DNA of 64,000 nt. It comes from Eledone cirrhosa (Eukaryota). A program made the translations under genes and the position numbers. Location of the stretch: NCBI GenBank assembly GCA_964016885.1, contig OZ024763.1, positions 21,390,001 through 21,454,000 on the forward strand, in the 5' to 3' direction. Positions 11,500 through 22,368 of the stretch are shown in pieces (position 1 is the first letter of the stretch; each line of letters begins with the position of its first letter). The notes under the pieces are model-generated. The model made no database searches. It saw nothing but the letters and a program-made list of their open reading frames with translations, and was not told the DNA's origin.

Positions 11500-12523
11500 A
11501 AACAATTAAGTTAAAGATGTACATCCATATATGTATACTGAAATACTAGTATGTATATGAATACACACACGTATACATATGTAGATGTACCAAGTTTTTT
11601 CCCTGGTCACTTTACTGTGAGTGGCCAGCTATTCTGTATGTAAACACACAGACAAACCGGTTTTTAGAGTCATACTGGTTTTTGAGGAAACACCTTTCCT
11701 CTATTCTCCAGAAAGCCAGACAAGGAATATTGAACTAGTTTCGTTGTTGTTACAACTCATCAGCAATATTTACCTATCTTCCGGCCTCTCTAGAGAATCG
11801 TAAAAGCACATATCGTTATATGCTTTTTCTATGAAAATTAGTAGTGGGCAGACTAATTTGCATAGAGTGTGAGTAAGTACCGGTTCAACGGAGACGATAA
11901 AAACAAATAACGAAACGAAATTAAATTTTGTTTCGTTTGTAACTCACTTTTGTATGACTGACGCTTAAACAATTAAGTTAAAGATGTACATCCATATATG
12001 TATACTGAAATACTAGTATGTATATGAATACACACACGTATACATATGTAGATGTACCAAGTTTTTTCCCTGGTCACTTTACTGTGAGTGGCCAGCTATT
12101 CTGTATGTAAACACACAGACAAACCGGTTTTTAGAGTCATACTGGTTTTTGAGGAAACACCTTTCCTCTATTCTCCAGAAAGCCAGACAAGGAATATGAG
12201 TTGTAACAACAACGAAACTAGTTCAATATTCCTTGTCTGGCTTTCTGGAGAATAGAGGAGAGGTGTTTCCTCAAAAACCAGTATGACTCTAAAAACCGGT
12301 TTGTCTGTGTGTTTACATACAGAATAGCTGGCCACTCACAGTAAAGTGACCAGTGAAAAAACTTGGTACACCTACATATGTATACGTGTGTGTATTCATA
12401 TACATACTAGTATTTCAGTATACATATATGGATGTACATCTTTAACTTAATTGTTTAAGCGTCAGTCATACAAAAGTGAGTTACAAACGAAACGAAATTT
12501 AATTTCGTTTCGTTATTTGTTTT
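11500..12523. mobile_element. Penelope-like pLTR tandem plus inverted structure
   Basis: Block 11500-11730 is repeated directly at 11968-12197, then inverted at 12198-12523 (pairing with 11898-12197); hammerhead at 11726-11770; (TA)n flanks. Confidence 0.8.
11726..11770 (-). ncRNA. Minimal hammerhead ribozyme, intact core
   Basis: aatattg CTGATGA GTTG taacaa CAAC GAAA CTAG TT caatatt: 7-bp stem I, 4-bp stem II, palindromic CTAG loop III. Confidence 0.8.
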
Positions 12524-13049
12524 TATATATATATATATATATACATATATATAAATTAAAAAATTCCGCCAAAGCCAAAAAGAAATTCTCCAGCCCCGTT
12601 CCCCCAAGGGCTGGGGGTGAGGCTAGGGTGGGGTGACAGCAGCATATGTTATACATTAACAGCACTTATCAATGAAAGTTCAAACACATTGTTAGTCTTA
12701 AGACTTGTTGAGACAATATGTCGACATTGTAATGTCTGGCTTTGGTTCTCTTGGAGACTGGCTTTTATAGTAATTTCTACAGGATGATGATGATGGTTGT
12801 GGTGGTTAGTGGTGGTGGTGGCGGTGGTGGTGGTGGTTAGTTGTGGTGGTGGTGGTGGCGGTGGTGGTGGCTGATGGTGGTGGTGGTTATGGTGATGGTG
12901 GTGGTGGTGGTGGTGGTGGCGGTGGTGGTGGCTGGTGGTGGTGGTGGTTATGGTGATGGTGGTGGTGGTAGTTGTGGTGGTGGTGGTGGAGCTGATGATG
13001 ATGGGCTTTCTTTGATTTTTTTGTATTTTTGTTATATATATATATATTT

Positions 13050-13082
<33 letters not shown>

Positions 13083-13580
13083 GGCTGAAAGAAAAAAAAA
13101 AGAATGCCATGATGTATTTCAGTGAATTTACAGTAGATAGTAGGTGTGTTAACATATATAACATATATTACAAAAACAAAAACACAAACAAAAGAAGTTA
13201 AAAAAGAATAAAAACATCAAAAACAAACCTACTGGCCCAGATATTAATCCTGTGGTATTGATTATCTCTTCTTTTGAGTCTCTGCTGGTGTGTTATTGAG
13301 TAAAATAATTTGGCTTTTTTATAGTCTAATTTCTCCGCTTTATTCAATCCTAGTTTTGTTGTTATTTGTTACTTCAGAAGGCAGAAAGAGAATGACAGAG
13401 AGGGTTTCTTCCTTCCATATTGATAAGTTTCATGTGAATATGTGAATGATATTTGATGAACATCTAAACACAGCGTTTCTCAACCTTTGTGTAACCCTTG
13501 TAGAAACCTTGAGATAGTTTTCATGTCTTAAGGAACCTTCTGTATGAAAATTATTATGTACCATTATTTTAAGAGCTAAA

Positions 13581-13975
13581 TGGCAGTGGATTGGCAGGAT
13601 CCGTAGAGGGTCTGATGCCATGCTTTGCAGCAAAGAGTTACGTCCCTTTACGACCTGAGTTCAAATCCTGCCGAGGTTAACTTTGCCTTTCATCCTTACG
13701 GGGTCGATAAAATAAAGTACCAGTAATGCACTGGGATAATTGCAGGCCTTGTGCCAAAAGTAGAAACAATTATTTTAGCATCGGATAATGTAACTCTATG
13801 CATTGAGACGTAGAGTTAGGGCCCTTTACACCAAGAGTTCAAATCGGCTGAGGTTAACCTTGTCTTTCTTCCATACGGGGTCGATCAAATAAAGTATTAG
13901 TAATGCACTGGGATCAATTTCATCGATTTCCCCCTCCCTCAAAATTGTTGGCCTTGTGCCTAAATCAAAAACTCT
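13581..13975 (+). mobile_element. Two tandem SINE family A copies
   Basis: Consensus matches at 13581-13770 and a more diverged copy at 13775-13975. Confidence 0.75.
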
Positions 13976-14094
13976 TATTATTATTATTAGAGGGTGGCAA
14001 GACTAGGTAACAATACCAGAAATCAAACCAAAGAAATGAAGTAGACATATATTGATACAAATATTTTCCTTGGTTAGTTTACAAGATTATATTA

Positions 14095-15460
14095 AGTCTA
14101 TTTCCTAGTTCCTATATGAAATAGTTGGACTCTCACAGCTGACATGGAACAAAGAATCCAGTCATTCAAGCACAAGTCCTTCAGAAGGTTGCTACACATC
14201 ACACACACACAGCACAAGTCCTTCAGAAGGTTGCTACACATCACACACACAGAGCACAAGTCCTTCAAAAGGTTGCTACACATCCCACACACACAGAGCA
14301 CAAGTCCTTCAGAAGGTTGCTACACATCCCACGCACACAGCACAAGTCCTTCAAAAGGTTGCTACACATCCCACGCACACAGCACAAGTCCTTCAAAAGG
14401 TTGCTACACATCCCACACACACAGCACAAGTCCTTCAAAAGGTTGCTACACATCCCACGCACACAGCACAAGTCCTTCAAAAGGTTGCTACACATCCCAC
14501 ACACACAGCACAAGTCCTTCAGAAGGTTGCTACACATCCCACACACACAGCACAAGTCCTTCAGAAGGTTGCTACACATCCCACACACACAGCACAAGTC
14601 CTTCAGAAGGTTGCTACACATCACACACACACAGCACAAGTCCTTCAGAAGGTTGCTACACATCCCACACACACAGAGCACAAGTCCTTCAGAAGGTTGC
14701 TACACATCCCACACACACAGCACAAGTCCTTCAGAAGGTTGCTACACATCACACACACACAGCACAAGTCCTTCAGAAGGTTGCTACACATCACACACAC
14801 ACAGCACAAGTCCTTCAGAAGGTTGCTACACATCCCACACACACAGCACAAGTCCTTCAGAAGGTTGCTACACATCACACACACAGAGCACAAGTCCTTC
14901 AGAAGGTTGCTACACATCCCACACACACAGCACAAGTCCTTCAGAAGGTTGCTACACATCCCACACACACAGCACAAGTCCTTCAGAAGGTTGCTACACA
15001 TCCCACACACACAGCACAAGTCCTTCAGAAGGTTGCTACACATCCCACACATACAGCACAAGTCCTTCAGAAGGTTGCTACACATCCCACACACACAGCA
15101 CAAGTCCTTCAGAAGGTTGCTACACATCCCACACATAAGTCCTTCAGAAGGTTGCCACACATCACACACACAGAGCAGAAAACGAACAGCTTTGTCAGGC
15201 AGCAAGTTAACAAATATGCCTGTAGTCAGGAAACCCTCTTTGAGATTGTGGAAAGACAGAAGCTTGCCTGGTTTGGTCATATATCCCACCACAACTCCTT
15301 GTCTAAAACTGTCCTTCAGGGCACACTGGAGAGAGGGTGAAGTGGCAGATAAAGAAAATCCTGGACTGACAACATCAAAGACTGGACTGGTCACAACACT
15401 GAGACCCTTCTATGCATGACAGAGGATAGAGACCAGTGGTGATGGTAGACTATGAAAATA
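14095..15460 (+). mobile_element. Decayed RTE LINE 3' fragment containing a 42-bp minisatellite
   Basis: Peptide ..SWTLTADMEQRIQSFKHKSFRRLLHIT..EQKTNSFVRQQV..RQKLAWFGHISHHNSLSKTVLQGTLERG, then RKSWTDNIKDW; typical RTE C-terminus. Confidence 0.8.
14171..15175. repeat. 42-bp minisatellite (~24 copies)
   Basis: Unit cacaagtccttcagaaggttgctacacatcccacacacacag; period 42 (14551 to 14593). Confidence 0.95.
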
Positions 15461-16345
15461 TCTAGAGTGGTACCCCAATGACAGGCTGCACCAGTGGCAC
15501 ATCTAGAGTGGTACCCCATGGACAGGCTGCTCCAGTGGCACATCTAGAGTGACACCCCAACGACAGGCTGCTCCAGTGGCACATCTAGAGTGACACCCCA
15601 ACAACAGGTTGCACCAGTGGCACATCTAGAGTGACACCCCAACAACAGGTTGCACCAGTGGCACATCTAGAGTGGTACCCCATGGACAGGCTGCTCCAGT
15701 GGCACATCTAGAGTGACACCCCAACAACAGGTTGCACCAGTGGCACATCTAGAGTGACACCCCAACAACAGGTTGCACCAGTGGCACATCTAGAGTGACA
15801 CCCCAACAACAGGCTGCACCAGTGGCACATCTAGAGTGACACCCCAACGACAGGCTGCACCAGTGGCACATCTAGAGTGACACCCCAACGACAGGCTGCA
15901 CCAGTGGCACATCTAGAGTCACACACCAACGACAGGCTGCACCAGTGGCACATCTAGAGTGACACCCCAACGACAGGCTGCACCAGTGGCACATCTAGAG
16001 TGACACCCCAACAACAGGCTGCACCAGTGGCACATCTAGAGTGACACCCCAACAACAGGCTGCACCAGTGGCACATCTAGAGTGACACCCCAACGACAGG
16101 CTGCACCAGTGGCACATCTAGAGTCACACACCAACGACAGGCTGCACTAGTGGCACATCTAGAGTGACACCCCAACGACAGGCTGCACCAGTGGCACTTC
16201 TAGAGTGGCACCCCAACGACAGGCTGCACCAGTGGCACATCTAGAGTGAGACCCCAACAACAGGCTGCACCAGTGGCACATCTAGAGTGACACCCCAACA
16301 ACAGGCTGCACCAGTGGCACATCTAGAGTGGCATACCAATGACAG
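15461..16345. repeat. 41-bp minisatellite (~21 copies)
   Basis: Unit tctagagtgacaccccaacgacaggctgcaccagtggcaca; period 41 (15871 to 15912). Confidence 0.95.
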
Positions 16346-16387
16346 TGTGTGTGTGTTTGTATATATATGTGTGTGTGTGTGTGTGTA

Positions 16388-16428
<41 letters not shown>

Positions 16429-16876
16429 GTGTGTGTGTGTGTGTGTATACACACATTCAATGGTAGAGAACCAATTAGCAAGTGATCTCTTCTCTGTTCT
16501 TGTGTATGAGATTGTGGGTAATGGAGTTTAGTGGAACTGTGCTAGCCAAGTGTGTGGACATGTGTTTGTGTGTGTGCGTATATATATATGTGCGTGTGTG
16601 AGAGAGAGGGAGGCAGGTGTGTGTGTAGATGTCTCTCTGTTTTACTGATTATCAGATGAATTAACTTGTTTACCGAGAATGTTGTCTACTTTCTTAGTCC
16701 CCAAAATACTTGAATAGTCGCTATAATTCTACAATTATTTCACATAGATAGATAGTAGAGAGAGAGAGTGTGAGAGATAGATAGAGAGAGTGAGAGTTAG
16801 AAAGGAAGAGAGAGAGAGAGAGAGAGGTAGATAGATAACTATATATATATATATAGAGAGAGGGGTAGATAGATGA

Positions 16877-16956
<80 letters not shown>

Positions 16957-17082
16957 AAGATAACTATATATATATATATATATATATATGTAGGAGGTGA
17001 GTTTTATTGTAGTACAATAAAGCAATGCAGATATCGGATAAGTAGCACTCTACAGTTTGTAGGACTAGAGTATATATAATAT

Positions 17083-17398
17083 ATATATAAGATCAAAAGA
17101 TGGTTAAAAGAGTTCCATGTATTTTATTATGTGCATTTCAAAAACAAATATCATCATGCAATAACATTTGCGTTTTCGTCAGATAAAATAGGGAGACATA
17201 ATATGAAGGTTAAAACACACTTGTGGATAGTGCAGTTTTAAATCAACATATCTATCCACAAGTGTGTTTTAACCTTCATATCATGTCTCCCTATTTTATC
17301 TGACGAAAACGCAAATGTTATTGCATGATGATATTTGTTTTTGAAATGCGCATAATAAAATACATGGAACTCTTTTAACCATCTTTTGATCTTATATA
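17083..17398. mobile_element. Foldback palindrome (arms 17083-17230 / 17252-17398) with one hammerhead per arm
   Basis: ~148-bp arms with ~2 mismatches, ~21-bp spacer, (TA)n flanks. Confidence 0.8.
17292..17362 (+). ncRNA. Hammerhead ribozyme (mirror copy at 17120-17190, minus strand)
   Basis: tattttat CTGACGA aaacgcaaatgtta..tgatatttgttttt GAAA t GCGC a TA ataaaata: 8-bp stem I, long stem II, palindromic GCGC loop III. Confidence 0.75.
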
Positions 17399-17402
17399 TT
17401 AT

Positions 17403-17443
<41 letters not shown>

Positions 17444-17462
17444 TATATATATATATACATGC

Positions 17463-17495
<33 letters not shown>

Positions 17496-17822
17496 TAGAA
17501 ACTTGGTCTTCACAATAGTTTCTACAGAGTAGATCTTCCTTGGAAATTTACTGTAAATTTGATTTGACTTTTAAATTGGATAATTAAATAATCTTTAACG
17601 TTTCAATATTGAGCTAATTAGGCATTCAAGACTATAAATGGTGGTAAAACAAGTTATTTCCCAAATTGAATGTAAGACTTTAGTGGGTTATGTCAATGTA
17701 ATATGTAATATCATAGAAGCTAGTACATATTTTTAATTTATCTGCCACTTAGTAGCAATTGCTAAACTCTTGTCTCCAAATAAACTACTACTATAGAGAG
17801 AATTATGGCAGCGAATTCTGTG

Positions 17823-18082
17823 TATATATGTATGTGTGTAAGGTATATACTATATATGTATGTGTGTAAGGTATACACTATATATGTATGTGTGTAAGGT
17901 ATACACTATATATGTATGTGTGTAAGGTATACACTATATATGTATGTGTGTAAGGTATACACTATATATGTATGGGTGTAAGGTATATACTATATATGTA
18001 TATGTGTAAGGTATACACTATATATATATATGTGTAAGGGTATACACTATATATGTATGGGTGTAAGGGTATACACTATATA
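17823..18082. repeat. 28-bp satellite
   Basis: Unit aaggtatacactatatatgtatgtgtgt; same as 62955-64000. Confidence 0.9.
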
Positions 18083-18087
18083 GCTGA

Positions 18088-18405
18088 AAGCGTTTGGCTT
18101 TGTGGTTAAGGTATTCAGCTCACAACCGTAAGATCATGAGTTCGATTCCAGGTGGCGTGTTGTGTCCTTGAGCAAGACACTTTATTTCACGTTGCTCCAA
18201 TCCACTCAGTTGACAAAAATGAGTTGTACTTATAATTCAAATGGTTAGCCTTGTCACGTTGTGTGTCATGCTGAATCTCCCCGTTAACTACGTTTAGGGT
18301 ACACTTGTCTGCAGAATGCTCAGCCACTTGAACAGTAATTTCACAAGCAGGCTGTTCTGTTTATCGAATCAATTGGAACACTCGTCATCATAACTGACAG
18401 AGTGC
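18088..18405 (+). mobile_element. CORE-type tRNA-derived SINE (family B)
   Basis: tggctttgtggttaag...gagttcgattcc head followed by CORE-like gtgttgtgtccttgagcaagacactttatttcacgttgctcc. Confidence 0.75.
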
Positions 18406-19435
18406 CCTCATTTTCGTATATGGTATATACCTCAGGTGTGGAATTGGTAGAGATGTTAGAGCATCAGATAGACTGGTATTGTTTCTGGTCCTCTGAACTA
18501 TGTGAGTTCAAATCCCACCAAGGTCTACTTGGCCTTTCATCCTTTCAAAGTTGATAAAGGTACTAGGGTCTGCCTCTTGCTAAACAAACTACTATTATGG
18601 AGAAAATTAAGGCAGTGAATTGTGTGTATGCGTGTGTGTGTGTGTGTGTATATGTGTATGTGTGTATATATGTATGCGTGTAAGGTATACACTGTTGTTG
18701 GTGATGATGGTGATGATGATGTTGGTGGTGGTGGTGGTGGTGATGATAGTGATGGTGATGATGATGGTAATGTTGATGATGGTGGTAGTGGTGGTGATGG
18801 TGGTAATGATGATGATGATGATGTTGATTGTGGTGGCTGTAATGAAGGTGATGATGATTATGGTGGTGATGGTGGTGATGAAGATGGTAGTGGCAGTGGT
18901 GGTTGTGATGATGGTGATGATGATGAGGATTCATGTATATTTTAAAGAAATTTTACTGTCTATTTTTTTTTCATAGTTTCTTTCTTATTTTTTCTTTTTC
19001 TTACCATCCTCCCACCCCTTCCCCATCCTCCTTCAATTGATATCTTATTTCCAATCATAGGTCACATGAACTTGTATCAATATATTTCAACACTGTTGTG
19101 CAGATGGCTGCGAGAGAAGTTCTCTGGAAGTCGTGAGAGATCCTTTCCTTACTCCCCCAACTACAACTGTCAACTGGTCTGTTGTAGTTGAAGCTCTTGG
19201 GAAAAGTTGTTGATATTACATTCTAGAGATTATTTTATGACCCCTGCTCCGTTCCTTACCTCCCCTCTCTCTGCACCCAATCACTTGTAAGGTTATTTAC
19301 ATAATTAGGAAATATTAAGAAATAATTATTTCTTGGTACACAATGTAGTCAATAAACTCCAGTCTGTGTGTGTGTGCATGTATATATATATATTTGTGTG
19401 TGTGTGTATATATATGTATATATATATACATACAT

Positions 19436-19472
<37 letters not shown>

Positions 19473-19574
19473 ATATATATGTGTGTGTATATATATATAT
19501 GTATATATATGTGTATATATATGTGTGTGTGTATATATATATATATGTATATATACATATATATACATGTGTGG

Positions 19575-19629
<55 letters not shown>

Positions 19630-19709
19630 ATATATGTATATATACCTATACACACACACACACATACGCATATATATATACACATACATTCAAATATACA
19701 CACACACAG

Positions 19710-19765
<56 letters not shown>

Positions 19766-19798
19766 ATATATATATATGTATATATACGTGTATATATA

Positions 19799-19841
<43 letters not shown>

Positions 19842-19874
19842 ATATATATATATGTATATATACGTGTATATATA

Positions 19875-19910
<36 letters not shown>

Positions 19911-20331
19911 CACATACTGTCTGATAACAGTAATTCAATATGATAAGTTATCAGCAAAGGGCTTAACCATTAACAAGGTGTGTCATTTCAGCGTTGATTA
20001 AATAGATGTTCTATTTACTCTTTGGCAACCAAACTGATTGAACCCACCACTGGTTCTATGATACAAACGCATTTATATTAAAGTGTTCATATTTGAATTT
20101 AAACCTTCCAAATAAAAAAAAACATTAAGGTGTTTGGAGACGATCAATTTGTCAGTTTTGCCAATATAAACACATGCATGAAATAAGAATATACCTTTTG
20201 GCAATACTTACATGATCTCTCAAAGACCTGCAGTGGGTTCTGGTGGAGACAGTTGCTTGTGACAGGACCTGCTGGAATGAATGTTTGATGACTCTTCCTC
20301 ATAACCCTCTCAGGAATAAGTGAGTGAACAA

Positions 20332-20375
<44 letters not shown>

Positions 20376-20409
20376 AGATTTGAATGGATACAGTTTAGTT
20401 GAAAGGAAT

Positions 20410-20530
20410 TTATTCACACGTGTTTCTATAACAGTTACATAACCTGAAAACAGCTGCTATCTACAAAGTATTAGTTATGCAGACAATCAATATTTCAATG
20501 TTATTATTTACTGTCATTTCATCAGAATAA
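20410..20530 (-). ncRNA. Degenerate hammerhead with long stem II
   Basis: ttatt CTGATGA aatgacagt...actgttata GAAA c ACGT g TG aataa; the GTG triplet is non-canonical. Confidence 0.5.
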
Positions 20531-20704
20531 TATTACTGAGGACCTGTTTGGTTTTTATAGAGAATATTAGGAGAGAGGGGTGAAGTTGTTAGAAGAATAG
20601 TTGAGGGAGTGGTTTTTTGATAGCAGTGAGAATTTTTGGTGGCAGTGAGTAATTAGATTCCCATCTGTTGTTTTGATATTTATATTACAACACAACGGAA
20701 AATA

Positions 20705-20777
<73 letters not shown>

Positions 20778-20869
20778 CTAAACTATAATAAAAGAAGGTC
20801 TGCAGGACTGCGTACGTTTTTTTAATTTTTTATCCCGTAGTAAAATAAGTTGGATTACTTTGAATAAAT

Positions 20870-21210
20870 AATTGTTTCTACATTTGGCACAAGGCCAGCA
20901 AATACCCAGTGCATTACTGGTACTTTATTTTATCGACCCCGTAAGGATGAAAGGCAAAGTTAACCTCGACGGGATTTGAACTCAGACTGTAAAGGGACGT
21001 AACTATGCTGGAAAGCATGGCGTCCGACCCTATAAATAATTGTTTCTACATTTGGCACAAGGCCAGCAATTACCCAGGAAATTACTGGTACTTTATTTTA
21101 TCGACCCTGTAAGGATGAAAGGCAAAGTTAACCTCGGCGTGATTTGAACTCGGATCGTAAAGGGACATAACTATGCTGGAAAGCATGGCGTCCGACTCTC
21201 TACCTATACT
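20870..21210 (-). mobile_element. Two tandem SINE family A copies
   Basis: Reverse complement of the consensus at 20870-21030 and 21038-21210. Confidence 0.8.
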
Positions 21211-21301
21211 GCAAATATTACATAATTTATCTACTAAATTTCGTAAACAAAAATAATTTCGTAAAAATAAATAATTTAAAATTGACTTCTTTTCAAAGTT
21301 G

Positions 21302-21630
21302 CACTTCCGGTATATCGTTGCCACCACCACCACTTCAACTACCATATATATATAGAAATAGAGGGTGTGTTATGTCAACACTTCCGGTATATCGTTGCCA
21401 CCACCACCACCACCACTTCAACTACCATATATATATAGAAATAGAGGGTGTATTATGTCAACACTTCCGGTATATCGTTGCCACCACCACCACTTCTACT
21501 ACCATATATATATAGAAATAGAGGGTGTGTTATGTCAACATTTCCGGTATATCGTTGCCACCACCACCACCACCACTTCTACTACCATATATATAGAAAG
21601 AGAGAGTGTGTGATGTCAACACTTCCGGTG
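21302..21630. repeat. ~75-80-bp tandem repeat (~4 copies) containing ACTTCCGGT
   Basis: cacttccggtatatcgttgccaccacc...tatagaaatagagggtgtgttatgtcaa repeated. Confidence 0.85.
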
Positions 21631-22368
21631 GCGATCACTTAAATAAACATACTAATTTTCTGTCACTAATTTTCCCTTAATACAGTTTATATATAATATC
21701 GCCTTTTTTTAATGCATCATGGATTACGTTACTGATTACATAAGACAGTGTAACAACGCCTTCGTTCAATTTCTGTGTATATTGTCAATTACGATTTATT
21801 TGTATATATACTTGCGTATAATATCAATATACACACTACACATTCTAGCAGAAAACCACCCGAAGGTTGTCTGTCGGAAAGGTGCGAAACGCATCCTCCG
21901 CTGTTTGTTGTTTTGAATATCTGATATTTTTATAAATTCATATATATATATATATATATATATATTAATAATTGTTTATACTTTTGGCACAAGGCCAGCA
22001 ATTACCCAGTGCATTACTGGTACTTTATTTTATCGACCCCGTAAGGATGAAAGACAAAGTTAACCTCGGCGGGATTTGATATTAATAATAATATCCGATT
22101 TGTTTGCAATTATGCAAACAGCCTCTTAAGCCATATCAGTAGAATGAGCCCGTCATTCTTGCTCTTGTGTTGGCATGTAAACAGAACTGCTGAAACTAAT
22201 GTTTCTGGGTGATCACCCTTCATCAGTACTGTTTACTTGCCAACTGTCAGAACTAGTGAAAATATATTATATTTTCTGACTGATCGCCCTGATTTGCATA
22301 TTAGCAGATAGGCCAGTCAGTTTTCTGTATACGACCAATTAATGGCCGGCTTAGCCATACTCAAATAT

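Noticed and set aside
14171-16345. CRISPR-like appearance of regular repeats (also 9905-11056 and 58529-59229)
   Set aside because: Units are contiguous with no unique spacers, there are no cas genes, and the context is eukaryotic.
20205-20300. Candidate 60-nt minus-strand exon
   Set aside because: The plus strand reads like an RTE C-terminus (..ETVACDRTCW..), so a TE relic is equally likely.
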